Shown here in pieces: positions 1 to 12,227 of a stretch of 44,724 nucleotides of DNA (position 1 is the stretch's first letter; the number at the start of each line of letters is the position of its first letter). Location: positions 44,932,341-44,977,064 of the forward strand of contig NC_068984.1 in NCBI RefSeq assembly GCF_001194135.2, written 5' to 3'. The stretch comes from Octopus bimaculoides. Lineage: Eukaryota. The notes beneath the pieces are model-generated. The model searched no databases and was not told the origin of the DNA. It was given only the letters and a program-made list of their open reading frames with translations. The translations under genes were made by a program, and so were the position numbers.

Positions 1-18
1 TATATATATATATATATA

Positions 19-150
19 TGAATACCACGGGCTTCTTTTCAGTTTCCGTTTATCAAATCCACTCACGCTGTAGTAGAGAACACATACCCAAAGTACCACG
101 CAGTAGGACTGAACCTGGAACTATGTGGTTGGGAAGCAAGCTTCTTACTA
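19..150 (-). mobile_element. tRNA-headed SINE (working family B), 5' part
   Basis: Reverse complement reads tgtagccgtgtagtaagaagcttgcttcccaaccacatagttccaggttcagtcctactgcgtggtac...aaactgaaaagaagcccgtgg. It has A/B-box-like motifs and matches copies at 20070-20418 and 37121-37500. Confidence 0.8.
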
Positions 151-625
151 CACGGCTACACATGTGCCTATATGTATATTGGATGTGAATTGCTGCCTCT
201 CATTGTTCAAGGTAGGTCTCACAGTCGACTTCACATGGGTGTGTGTAATTATATAATGCATATATAATATATATATTGTATATACATTATATTGTGTATA
301 TATACATAAAATAAATAAATACTTAATGTGTTCACACCGAGACATATACACACACATGAACACACACACACACACACACATAGTATTTGCTTGTGTTCTC
401 ATGAAAAAACGCAAGAAGCTTTATACATATACGTGTTTGATATATGAATGTGTGTGTATGTGTGTGCATGTATATGTATATAAGTGTATATATGCATATA
501 TATGTATGTACACACATTCACACACACTGACACACACATACGTATAAATTGAGGATATAATCATTAAAATGGTTAAAATGATTATACCAGTGGCCAGCGA
601 ATAAAAACAATATGTATATTTCTCT

Positions 626-891
626 ACAGTTCCACGGGCATATGGCGTAGTGGTTAAGAGCGCGGGCTACTAACCCCAAGGTTCCGAGTTCGATTCACGG
701 CAGCGACCTGATTAATAATAGTAATAATAATAATAATAATATAATAATAGTAACATCGTTAGGAATGAGAACCCAGGTTCGAAATTTCCCCAAGACACCT
801 GACGAAGGCTGGAGGGTATATCAGCCGAAACGTTGTGTTAACAACAAACAAGATGAGGACAAATATCCGACAAATGTAAATAATGTAAATA
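626..891 (+). mobile_element. Composite SINE-like retroposon: tRNA-like head + (TAA)n linker + hammerhead-containing tail
   Basis: A-box TGGCGTAGTGG at 643-653, B-box GTTCGATTC at 688-696, TAA repeats at about 713-752, HHR at 794-839 and AATGTAAAT tandem tail. Flanked by the exact 14-bp direct repeat ATGTATATTTCTCT at 612-625 and 892-905. Confidence 0.8.
794..839 (+). ncRNA. Minimal type I hammerhead ribozyme (Penelope-like-element type)
   Basis: Stem I GACAC(794-798)/GUGUU(835-839); core CUGACGA(799-805) plus extra A806; stem II GGCUG/CAGCC (807-811/822-826); GAAA(827-830); palindromic stem III ACGU; predicted GUU cleavage after 834. Confidence 0.7.
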
Positions 892-916
892 ATGTATATT
901 TCTCTGTCTCTCTGTC

Positions 917-957
<41 letters not shown>

Positions 958-1054
958 TCATCTATCTGCCTGTCTGTCTATCTGTCTATCTCTCTCTATA
1001 TATATCAGAAAATGAGATGTCGAACGAATAAACAATTATCTTATGAACTTCATT

Positions 1055-1122
1055 AGCTTACGACTGTTTCTGCTATAAGATACATAACTGAGTGCCCGAG
1101 TAACTCATGCTTCACCGGAGCT
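1055..1122 (-). ncRNA. Degenerate hammerhead-like fold
   Basis: Minus strand: AGCU-CCGGUGA-[GC-AUGAG...CUUAU-A-GC stem II]-A-GAAA-CAGUCG-UA-AGCU. Stem I is AGCU/AGCU, the core has two substitutions versus CUGANGA, stem III is near-palindromic and the triplet is GUA. Confidence 0.4.
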
Positions 1123-1367
1123 TCAAATATAAAGTATGTATACACACCCACACATATATCATGAATACACAGACCCTTCACATATTGTATTATATATATA
1201 TATATATAGCTGATGAATAATTCCAAGAGGCTTTCTGTTTTTCTATGTGTTCGTTCCGTTGACTGTAGTTCATTGTTCTAACGTCCTGTACCCTGATATG
1301 CATCTATATACACATGTAGATGAAAGTATATACATATACGTGTGTATACATGCATATATATTTTTTG

Positions 1368-1419
<52 letters not shown>

Positions 1420-1479
1420 GTATGTATAGTGTGTGTCTGTGTGTGTTTGCGTGTGTGTATGTGTATGCATATGTTGCTA

Positions 1480-1795
1480 AGCCTCTCATAGCATTTGCCT
1501 CTCCTTTTCTGATGCTGATCTTCAATAGAAGTTTGTAATACAATCAACCATTGAGATCGTTCGAGAATGAAGTGAGACACGAAAGATACTAGAATTTCAA
1601 AGATTCACTTTGACATTTCTTTTCCTAGAGCAATACTGTAACTTATTTGCTCCACCTACATTCGTATACTGCATAAGACATTCTACCAGGGCTACAAAAT
1701 CAGTCATACTATCGTCACTTTTCTTCTTACTAAATATGATTATCTGTGTACTTATATCCATATATCCATGTCACAACAAACAGTGCGGAAAAGGT
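1480..1795 (-). mobile_element. Degraded LINE ORF2 3' fragment, RTE-like
   Basis: Broken frames read ...TNVGGANKLQYCSRKRNVKVNL* and SHFILERSQWLIVLQTSIEDQHQKRRGK, which resemble the RTE C-terminal motifs (GGQKKRYKD..LK; ALDRS.WR). Confidence 0.4.
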
Positions 1796-1825
1796 TTTTG
1801 TTTACCTGTAATATAATGTTAGCTA

Positions 1826-2010
1826 CAGTGGCGTAGCGCGTAGAAGAGGAGGAGAGTGGCGGTCCACCCCGGGTGGTTTTTTTATCAGGGAGGTACTTTT
1901 GGGTATATTGTATAGACTTGAGGACCCAGATGACTGTATAGGACTCAGATGGCAGGAAAACTTAAGGGCAGCTCCGAGCGGTGCACGCTCTAGCTACTAC
2001 GCTGGTTGGG
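1826..2010. mobile_element. hAT-like non-autonomous element (MITE)
   Basis: Starts CAGTGGCGTAGC; imperfect inverted end tagctactacgctg at 1991-2004; 8-bp direct repeat GTTAGCTA at 1818-1825 and 2011-2018. A related copy lies at 28065-28226. Confidence 0.5.
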
Positions 2011-2051
2011 GTTAGCTACTATAATTAATTAACCATTATACGTGGTGCGCT

Positions 2052-2258
2052 TAAGGCGGCGAGCTGGCAGAAACGTTAGCACGCCGGGTTTAGCTGTATT
2101 TCGTCTGTCTTTACCTTCTGAGTGCAAATTCTGCCGCGGTTGATGTTTCTTTTCATCCTTTCGGGTTCGATAAATTAAGTACCAGTTGCGTACTAGGGTC
2201 GATCTAATCGACTGGCTCCTCCCCCAAAATTTCGGGCCTTGTGCCTAGAGTAGAAAAG
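2052..2258 (+). mobile_element. tRNA-headed SINE (working family A), full length
   Basis: ggcggcgagctggcagaaacgttagcacgccggg...tttcatcctttcgggttcgataaattaagtaccag...gggccttgtgcctagagtagaaaag. Perfect 17-bp TSD ATTATACGTGGTGCGCT at 2035-2051 and 2259-2275. Confidence 0.9.
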
Positions 2259-2289
2259 ATTATACGTGGTGCGCTATTTTGTACTCTTA

Positions 2290-2517
2290 GTAGTTTTATT
2301 TTGTTTTGATGTTGGAACAGGATCCATGGCAAGACTGGAATAGTCCATCATGGAGCAAATATATTGTTTGTGAACCATAGTTGTTATTTCGTCTGTTGGC
2401 CCAAAAAGATACATATCACGATTGCACTAAATATTTTTGCGCATTGCTTTGTTTTCTTTACTGAATTTCTATGTGAATTGTAAATGTTGCCGTGGTGTTG
2501 TATATCACTCCTAGTAT

Positions 2518-2587
<70 letters not shown>

Positions 2588-4420
2588 CTGTATATGTATA
2601 TGTGTGTGTATCTACGTGTGTATGCGTGTGTCTGTGTGTGTCTGTGCGTTTATGTGTACGTGTGTGTTACGCAACATATGTTGGGGAACCAGAGTACATA
2701 CGTGGTTACTCAACATATGGTGTTGTGTTTGATGGTTTGTTGTATTTGATGTCCTGTAGTGTTGCTGGTAAGAAGCGATCACGCGAATTTGGTAGATTCA
2801 AGTTTAATGCCGTTGTTTCGGTGGCCATGAGTTTTTGCTGATTTCAATATGGATTGAGCTGTGCAGCGTTGTCTGAAAATCGTAGGAGGATATGTGATGT
2901 CATCAGCGTATAAGGTTGTCTGTGTGCTTTGTGGAGGTGTGTGTAGATGGAATGGTTAAAGGTTGAAAATACTAAATAAGGAATAGGATTCCTGTTTCAC
3001 TCTGTTTGGAAAATTGCAGATTCTGGAAATGCTTGGCTGCATGACTAGTTGTTGACTAGCCAGTGTTTTCTCTAATTTTTATAAGCTGTGCTGAACAATT
3101 TTGTATTAATTAATTGATAACGGGAAATAGAGGCGGAAGTTTTACCATTGGCTGAGTGGTAGTCATGGTAGGATTGTCATCATTGAAGCCACCACATATT
3201 TTCTGTGTTAGGCTTCTAAGTAACGCAGTGGTGCTTAGTATAACTGGTGACTGGGAAGAGATACGTGTGGGCTAGAATTATCAAGGATTAAATTTTCTAG
3301 AGCTTATATAGAATTATCACCAAAGTAATAATTCCGTATGATGTTATTTTACTTGGACTTTTCCTTGAGTTTTAGAATTGATATAATTTTCACTAGCTTC
3401 TAAATTTAGGGCAAGTTTTGATACAATTATTTGTAGATGTTGGTGAATGCGTGCTGTGATCCCATTGGTATTCTAAGTGTATGTGTGTGGTTTTGTCTGT
3501 CTCCTGAGGCTTTTCTATATTTGCCGAATACTTTTCGTATGTTTGAAGGGAGAAAAGGGTTAAGATTGTTGCCTAAGTACAAGGTGTGTACATTTCGTGC
3601 CCTTTTTTTGTGGATTTTGGTGGTTGATTTTTGATAAAGTTTTTATAAGGGTGTTAACTTGTTACTATAATGTTGTTATTGTGGCATGAGGTGTGGCCGA
3701 TGTTGCTGATGAGTAATTATTCCCAATAATGTTTTACTATTAGTTTTGAATATTGGATAGAAACGTTTATCAGTTTTATGTATTTCTGTAGTTTATTTTC
3801 GTTGTTATTTCCGTAATTCGTTTCTTGATTCTGTGTTTATTTGTCTGTATTTGCTTTTAGGTGTTTTGTGTTTGAAGTTGCCTCTACTTTTAATGAGGTA
3901 GTAACTTTCTGTGTATAATTGGAATTTTAAACTTTATACCACTTTGTTTAATGCGTTGATCTTTTTTCTTTTTACATGCGTCAATAATTATTTTATTGAA
4001 TGTACGTTGTTCAGTGCCTACATTAATAATCGAGGTGTTGTCGAATTCTGATAACTTCATTTTGTTTAGCGGTGGAACATATTTCATTTTGCTTTTTATG
4101 AATTTTGTGAAAGTATTTTTATTTTCTTTATTAATGTGCAAGTGTTCTGTAACGATAATATGATCCGAAAAAAAAAATCGGAAAATAATTTGCCTACTAC
4201 TTATGAGTATGCAGAACAGAAGAAAATATCTAACGAAGAGGTATCGCAACTGGTTTAGTGAAATTTTATGTGTTTGGTGTAGGGTATGTAAGACATACAG
4301 GGTGTGGACTTACGCTCTCTCTACTGGGTTTTGTAATCTCCCGCGCTGATAGTAACTGTGAACGAATTAGGGTGTTGAAGTTGCAGTATGTAACTTAGTG
4401 GAAAGGTGGAGTAATGTCGA
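2290..4420 (-). mobile_element. Degraded LINE reverse-transcriptase region (jockey/I-like group)
   Basis: Minus-strand motifs in the correct order: IRKVFG (cf. D.SKAFD), GVKQ (3002-2987, cf. GVPQGS), LYADDIT (YADD at 2910-2899), KILGVIYNTTATFTIHI and KQYICSMMDYSSL. Many stops and frameshifts; interrupted by (GT)n at about 2522-2670. ORF 3890-4249 belongs to this relic. Confidence 0.8.
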
Positions 4421-4543
4421 TGGATGTATGAATACATTTTATTACACACACACATACGCTCACAACCCACCCACACACACACACTTATATATATATATAT
4501 AGAGAGAGAGATACACGTCTGTCTGTCTGTTTATCTATCTATA

Positions 4544-4584
<41 letters not shown>

Positions 4585-4964
4585 GTCTGTCTGTCTGTCT
4601 TTCTACAGATAGATAGATAGATAGATAGATAGGTTGGTTGGTAGATAGACAAATAGACAAATAGATAGATAGATAGATAATAGATAGATGGATGTGCATT
4701 TGTGTGTGTGTGTGTGTATGTGTGCGTATGTGTGAATAAAATATCTAGGTGACACTTCATAACGTGCATTTCAAAGCTCCTATACGGTTATCAACTACCA
4801 TATTTATTTATATGATATGGAAAACTCATAATGCACCGAAACAGTTGTATTTAAGCTTGTTCATTTCGTCTTGGTTTTTAAATATATATAAATCAAATAT
4901 ATACAAGATATATATATATATATANNNNNNNNNNNNNNNATATATGGTGTGTGTGTATGTATAG

Positions 4965-5070
4965 GTGGGATGCTAACCTCCCCTGTTCGAAAATATAAGG
5001 ACACAGATCGTGTATCGTATAGCCAGCTGGAGACGAGGAGGAGTGAAACAGTTAAAAATCTTTATATAAG
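4965..5070 (+). CDS. Weak candidate coding exon (GMLTSPVRKYKDTDRVSYSQLETRRSETVKNLYI)
   Basis: AG at 4963-4964 with a poor pyrimidine tract, strong donor AAG|gtaagc, one open frame (phase 1 to phase 2). Product not recognised; could be chance or TE-derived. Confidence 0.2.
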
Positions 5071-5635
5071 GTAAGCAATTCCAAACTTTCAGCTACTGAA
5101 ATTTGACGGAGCCTCGTTGAAAATAGAATTGGAAATATACAAATATACAGTAAAAGAACAAATAGAGCTTACCATGCTTTTCTAAAAGACACAAGAGTTG
5201 TAAAAAAAAGAAGAATATTGTTAAATAGAGAGAGTTGTTACTGTTTCGCATCTCCATCAAAAAATAACGTGAGATCAAACATACAATTCGTAACGTGTCT
5301 CTTATCTTATACAGAGACTTTTAAAGATGTCAAACATGAATAGATTGATAAGGAATCTTTCTGTGTAATTAGTTACAGACGCTTGACATTTAGTGATCTA
5401 AAAGTCAGCCTCAACCTGTAAAGAAACCTATAATATCGGCTTTTATACTCGCCTATTGGCGACTTTTGCAACATATAGATTTTGTGATTTCTATTATCAA
5501 CAACATGTTCATTGGAATGAGATTCCTCCTTAAGAATTAGACGAATTAGAGTACATTTTTTTTAGGAGACAGTCTTTGATATGTTGTTGATGTACAGATA
5601 TCAAGTTAAAATGAATCACGCACAAACACACTCAC

Positions 5636-5745
<110 letters not shown>

Positions 5746-5983
5746 GTCAATCTTTCTCTCTATATGCTTACACACATACACATACGTGCATATGTATACG
5801 CGGGAGAAGCATATGCATATATACACATATGTACATATGCAGACAGTCATGCAGACAAACAGGATTTCGCTTGATATATATGAGACACATAGCTAAATAT
5901 ATAAAGGCAGATATGTATAGATACAAATTAGTAAATATATTCAGGAAGTAAACTCATATGCACAAGCATATATACATACAATG

Positions 5984-6033
<50 letters not shown>

Positions 6034-6671
6034 NNNNNNNNNNNNNNNNNNNNNNNNNNNNNNNNNNNNNNNNNNNNNNNNNNNNNNNNNNNNNNNNNNN
6101 NNNNNNNNNNNNNNNNNNNNNNNNNNNNNNNNNNNNNNNNNNNNNNNNNNNNNNNNNNNNNNNNNNNNNNNNNNNNNNNNNNNNNNNNNNNNNNNNNNNN
6201 NNNNNNNNNNNNNNNNNNNNNNNNNNNNNNNNNNNNNNNNNNNNNNNNNNNNNNNNNNNNNNNNNNNNNNNNNNNNNNNNNNNNNNNNNNNNNNNNNNNN
6301 NNNNNNNNNNNNNNNNNNNNNNNNNNNNNNNNNNNNNNNNNNNNNNNNNNNNNNNNNNNNNNNNNNNNNNNNNNNNNNNNNNNNNNNNNNNNNNNNNNNN
6401 NNNNNNNNNNNNNNNNNNNNNNNNNNNNNNNNNNNNNNNNNNNNNNNNNNNNNNNNNNNNNNNNNNNNNNNNNNNNNNNNNNNNNNNNNNNNNNNNNNNN
6501 NNNNNNNNNNNNNNNNNNNNNNNNNNNNNNNNNNNNNNNNNNNNNNNNNNNNNNNNNNNNNNNNNNNNNNNNNNNNNNNNNNNNNNNNNNNNNNNNNNNN
6601 NNNNNNNNNNNNNNNNNNNNNNNNNNNNNNNNNNNNNNNNNNNNNNNNNNNNNNNNNNNNNNNNNNNNNNN

Positions 6672-6706
<35 letters not shown>

Positions 6707-6857
6707 CAGTATATATATATTGTAATATATATTGGTGTGGAACAAACACGGACACAAGCCCACACGCACACACTCACATGCACTCACATGCACACAAACA
6801 CACGTAAACACACACACGCATACACACATACATACATATATACAATGAGTTTTACGA

Positions 6858-6931
6858 TGATTTGGTCGACCAAGGCTACAGTAGAAGCCACTTGCCCAAG
6901 GTGCCAAGCAAACTTCTTACCACACAGCCAC
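6858..6931 (-). mobile_element. Family B SINE head with internal deletion
   Basis: tttggtcgaccaaggctacagtagaagccacttgcccaaggtgccaagcaaacttcttaccacacagccac is the reverse complement of the family B head, lacking the B-box segment. Confidence 0.7.
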
Positions 6932-8094
6932 ATCTGTTACTATAGTTTTAAAAATTTGATACATCCTTAATTCTATTAATTCTCTCCGCCATTGAAAAAC
7001 ACTGCCTTGGTTTTAGGATGCGGTTTTGGAAATGTTATTGCTTTTGTTTATTTCCGATTTATGATCGGTAAATCATGACCAAAGGAATTCCAGCCGTAGT
7101 CAGCCAATATCGTTTTCCGACACAGCGTATCTTTTGGATCATCGAAGATACATTTGAATACGGTGTATGAGTCAACCTGTAATAGAAACTTTCATTCACA
7201 ACTACCCTCCGGTAACATGTGGCAAGACTCTTGGTGATACCACCTATCGAGCCTCCAATGCCAGGAAACCTAAAGTCCGGCGAAGCTGGCAGAATTGCAG
7301 CACTCGTCTGCCATTACAGCCCTAATGCTGTGATGGCAGACGACGGCTTCAGCATTTTCATACATCCAATAGCCTTTATCATTTGTTTTTCACAATAAAG
7401 AGCCTGAATACATCATTAAACTGCATTCAGTCCCTCCACTACTTGGTGGTCCCATAGAATATCACTGTACTAGCTAGGTCGGAAATCCTAACAGATTATC
7501 CCCTTTGTGTTTCAGTGTAGGTTTGTCTACATCTGGTTATAATTAGTAGATAGGAATAGCGTCCAACCGATACTTTATTCCATATATCGAAGGACTAACA
7601 TTAGCCAGACATTCTCAGTAGGCCTGGATCTGAGAATGAGCCAATACTTTATTTAATTTCTTATGATCATTATATATGAAATAAGTGATGTCTTAGCTGC
7701 TGTTTCTAGTAGGTCATTTGACTACTAAGGAACTTCTTGTTATATGCTTCTCTTTTATCTCGCATTTGTTTAAATCCATTAATGATGAGCTCAGTACAGT
7801 TCTGAAAGTGTACTGCAGGCATTTATGTATATTTTTTGGGGAGGTCCCCATCTTTTCCTCGAGAGAATTAACGATGTGAAAGCAATAGGAACCGGTTACT
7901 GATTCATCGGGCTGAAAACTTAATATCGTTGTTGCTACGTACAATAAAAGCTATATTAAGAACAAAAGCTACAAAAGCGAAAATAAAACCATTAATAATT
8001 TTTTTTATTACACACGCACACGCACATGCACGCACGCACACACACATACACATACACACACACACATGTATGTGTGTGTGTGCATGTGTGTTTG

Positions 8095-8291
8095 TCTCCC
8101 ACAACGCTTGGTAATCGCTGGTGGTTTGTGTACGTCCCCGTATCCTAACGGTTCAGCAAAAGGGTCGGATACAATAAGTGCCAAACTTACAAAAAGACAC
8201 TGGGGTCGAGTCACTCGTCTAAAAGATTCTTCACGGCGATGCCCCAGCATGGCCGCACTCTTATGACTGAAAGAACTAAAAGATAAAAGAT
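8095..8291 (+). mobile_element. Family B SINE 3' half
   Basis: acaacgcttgg...acgtccccgta...ctggggtcga...gccccagcatggccgca...tgactgaaagaactaaaagataaaaga; matches the copies at 32740-32945 and 37310-37500. Confidence 0.8.
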
Positions 8292-8404
8292 AGACGATAT
8301 GAAATGCAGACATAATCGCCATCACTGTATTCTATCTATTTCCCATTTTCTTTCCTTCTCTTTCTCTCCCTCTCTCTCTCTACACACACAGATAAGTTAA
8401 TAGC

Positions 8405-8619
8405 TGGCTAGACAGATAGACCAATCAATAGATAGATAAATAGATAGACAGATAGATAGATACATACATCCATACATACACACGTACATACATACATACA
8501 TACATACATACATACATACATACATACATACATACATACATACGTACATACATACATACATTCATACATACAGAAAGAAAGAAAGACAGACAGACAGATA
8601 GAGAGATAGAGAGATAGAG

Positions 8620-8665
<46 letters not shown>

Positions 8666-8806
8666 GTAGATAGAAAGATAGATAGATAATGCCTACATAC
8701 ATACATACATACATACATACATACATGTATACATACATACATACATACATACATACATACATACATTCATACATACATACACACATACATACATACATAC
8801 ATACAT
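8405..8806. repeat. Compound (ATAG)n/(ATAC)n/(AGAC)n microsatellite block
   Basis: Direct inspection; explains ORFs 8425-8766 and 8562-8819. Confidence 0.95.
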
Positions 8807-9239
8807 ATAAACTAATCACCTCTAAGTCTTGTTGACATCATAGAATTATGGTTCAACAAAGAGCTTCATTAAGACCGAAATATTTTCGTTACTTTCGTTA
8901 TTTGCTCCTGAAATGGCCAGCCTGCATTTTCTACATTAACCAAAATAAACATGAACAACTGATCTCATTGAAGCTTGTTTTCATTGTCTATTGCTCCCCC
9001 CCCCCATTGTATATTGTTTTTAAGATATCAAATTACGTCCAGAGGGGAGTTTGTTCTACTTATTGCTTGCACAATCCGTTGATTGAAGTTTTCCAATTCA
9101 CTGTATAACATATCTGAGGCCCTAATGCACTCATATTTTTAACTGCAATTATATGCTGCGTAGGCATAACGAACTAAGACATCAAAAACGACAGTACATA
9201 AAATTAATGGAGGTATTTCTTTCATTATTTAATACTTAC

Positions 9240-9312
9240 GGAATTTGTAATTGTAAAAGATATTTCTCAGTAATATGATTTAGAAACACGTCAACGCTTA
9301 GTAATTGTATTA
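9240..9312 (-). CDS. Candidate 73-bp internal coding exon (xIQLLSVDVFLNHITEKYLLQLQIP)
   Basis: Acceptor ttatttgacttttgcacag|TA and donor CC|gtaagtat. Only one frame is open (phase 1 to phase 2) and it lies in unique-looking AT-rich sequence. Gene not recognised. Confidence 0.35.
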
Positions 9313-9770
9313 CTGTGCAAAAGTCAAATAATGACTAGTCAGGCATTCGGCAAAGGGAGAATGCTTTAATTCATTCCGATCTTCACTGACAGTATCAATG
9401 GACATTGAACTGCTTTAACAGAATACTTGAGCATTGTTGGCAACTGCACACAAAACAGTGTCAATAAAACCAAGAGAGTCACTCACTATACGATGTTAAT
9501 TACAAATAAATACAAGTATATAAAACAGCAAAGATAAGCTATTACCGTTACCGATCTATAATACAGCACGAAAGTATTCTATAATAAGGGTATTGTAAAC
9601 ATGTCGATTCTAAATGTCCACCATTAGTCGTGTTTTAAATAATTCTCAATTAATATTCTCAAGATATTATATCTTATGAATACATTTGATATGGGTCAAA
9701 GCTCTTACGACAATAGTCGTAATAGATTTCGCTTGGTGTAGAGTTGTTACAAGAATAGGGGTTAATTGTA

Positions 9771-10642
9771 CGAGATGCATTCCAGAAGTTTTGAAACTTT
9801 TTGTTTTTTGGAGAGGTATAATTTTAGCATATCTAATAAGCTAACCTGCCAACCTTTTATTCCAGATTGAAGGTAACGGCTGTAACAGCACTTTTTTCAT
9901 ACCTTAGTTACAGATAACTAGTTTGCAGAATGCAGTCGGGACGTGAAGACAATTTGCAAGCTCATGAGCTACTTATGAAATGTTCGAGCTAAGATATGAT
10001 TTTGGTTGGCATGAGAGGTTCAATGATAGTAGAGAGGGGATGAGAGACGATGAGAGGTGTGGAGAGAGAAGTAAGAACATCACAGCTAATCCAGAAAATT
10101 TGAAATTTTCTAAATGAAGATCATCGTGTGTCTATAAAGAGTATAAACACGGAGTTTGGCGCTGGTGCGACAAATGTACACGAGATTATTCATGAAGACC
10201 TGAATATGCACAAGATTTGTGCAAAGTTTGTTCATAAGATGCTCAGTGATGAACAGAAGGAAAGACGCGTCGGTGATAGCTCATTTTCTTCTATCAAAGA
10301 GTTCTTGAATCTTTGTTGACCTGTGACGAAAGCTGGATCAACTGTTGTGATCAAGAGATCAAAGGACAGATTGCCCAATGAAGCACCCTGGTCCCCCAAG
10401 ACCCAAGAAGGCCAGGCGAAGCAAGTCCAACGGAAAGCTCATAATGATTCCATTTTAAGACAGCAAGGTCATCATCTACACCCACTGGGTTCCCCTTAGC
10501 CAGGCGGTCCACAACGAATGCTTTGGGAAGTTCTGAGAGAGCTCAAGAAGAGAATTCGTCGCAAAAGACCAGAACTCTTCCATTCGGTTCGGTGACACCT
10601 GCACTAGGACTATACTTGCACCAGGCCCACACCTGCACCAGG
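9771..10642 (+). mobile_element. mariner transposon, 5' two-thirds, degraded
   Basis: TA + TIR cgagatgcattccagaagttttgaaac. Peptides EDHRVSIKSINTEFG...VHEIIHEDLNMHKICAKFVHKMLSDEQKERRV (WVP-motif variant), TCDESW (first catalytic D) and EVLRELKKRIRRKRPE. Confidence 0.9.
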
Positions 10643-10925
10643 TTACGATGGCGGATCAAATCAACGAAACAGCCTGCTTGTAAAATTAACGTGCAAGTGG
10701 CTGAGCACTCCACAGACACGTGTACTCTTAACGTAGTTCTCAGGGAGATTCAGCGTGGCACAGAATGCAACAAGTCTGGCCCTTTGAATTACATGTATTA
10801 CTCATTTTTGTCAGATGTGTGGACTAGAACGACGTGAAATAAAATGTCTTGCGCAAGGACACAACTCCCCGCCGGGAATCGAACTCACAACCTGATGATC
10901 GCGAGCCGAATATCAATAACCTAAA
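10643..10925 (-). mobile_element. tRNA-headed SINE with CORE-like segment
   Basis: Reverse complement has the B-box gagttcgattcccggcgg followed by gtgtccttgcgcaagacatttt (CORE-like); same head type as 21146-21250 and 27277-27530. Confidence 0.65.
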
Positions 10926-11238
10926 ATACAAGTCCCTTCACAGGAACAAACAAAAGAAAGAATAAAAGTAGCTTGTCGTTCGTCAGCTTTCTGTATATAT
11001 GTAAGAATGACGTAAAGCGAAATTTAAATATAAATAAAACTACAAATAACTTGACAGTCAACATATCGATCCCACACCCTCTGCTTTACTCCCTCTATCT
11101 ATCTATTTATCTATCTGTATATGTATATGCTTATCTATGAATATATAATATATTTATCGAACGATCGATCGAATTCTGCTCAAAAAAACCTTTATAGTTA
11201 CTTCTTTCTCTATCGATCAATCGATTAACGTATCTTAG

Positions 11239-11278
<40 letters not shown>

Positions 11279-11345
11279 TAGGATGAAATAAACAGAGGAA
11301 TAACTCTACTATCAAAATAACTCTACTATCCTTCCTACGTCTTCC

Positions 11346-11384
<39 letters not shown>

Positions 11385-12227
11385 CTCTCTCTCACACACA
11401 CACTCTCTCTCACTCTCTCCCCCCTCTCTCTCTCTTTCCCTCTCTCGCAATTATATACATCGCACGCAAAGCGCACAACCCACACACATTTACTTAGTAT
11501 TGACCCAATTACGTCAATAAACGTATTTATCTACCTGTTGCCATTGGCTCCTACAAACAAGCCACGTGTGAACCTTGATGCGGTTGCTCGACCGGCTACA
11601 TACAGTAGCCAAAGCTTCATTAAATTACGTCATGCTGTCTTAGAAAATGGAAGCAGATATCGAGCAGTGTATTCTTGGGTATACTAAAATAAAAACTGGA
11701 ATGATTACAGCAGGAAAACTAGCGACCATAAGTCTTCTCTTTCTGTGTCAGAAGGGGTTAAACAACATACCTCTCTCTTACACACATATAAATACATAAA
11801 TATGTTATATGGATGTGTGCGCGTGTGTGTGTGTTATACTTACTTTTCAGACAATATCAGAAAAATGAATATCAATCAACTAATGGGTGTGTCCAGGGTT
11901 TCGACCGGGTGGAGGGAATTCTCAGAAAATTTAAATGGGTCCACCATTAGTAATCTAATTTGCCACAGACACAAAGTTGAAATGCATGTTACATAATTAT
12001 ATCTGCATTGAACTGCAGGAGAAGCGACTCTCTTACCCTGGCAACACTTCCCACTCTGGCTACGAGGTGGTATATATGTAAACATGTGGGCAGCAGATAT
12101 TAGCAATGAGTTGCATTGAATCTATGGTAAAAGGTGGCCAGAAAAATGCTATGAGAACGTATGTGGGGTCCAAATTGGTATGTACGGAGAAAGTTTATTA
12201 AATATATGATTGTATAAATTATTCTGG

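Noticed and set aside
148-547. ORFs rich in CV/HT/YI dipeptides here and throughout the track
   Set aside because: Translations of (GT)n/(AT)n/(ATAG)n microsatellites; not proteins.
636-712. Possible tRNA gene
   Set aside because: Acceptor stem does not close and it continues into a SINE body inside a TSD; treated as a SINE head.
1210-1300. CTGATGAA motif
   Set aside because: No downstream stem II/GAAA, so no hammerhead can be folded.
1480-1795. Protein-like minus-strand frames as host exons
   Set aside because: Frameshifted, and motifs fit an RTE LINE 3' end.
5928-6970. Long ORFs of 250-330 aa spanning N runs (also 14157-14740, 16240-17458, 27678-28031, 29315-29659, 42839-43780)
   Set aside because: Length comes from assembly gaps translated as X.
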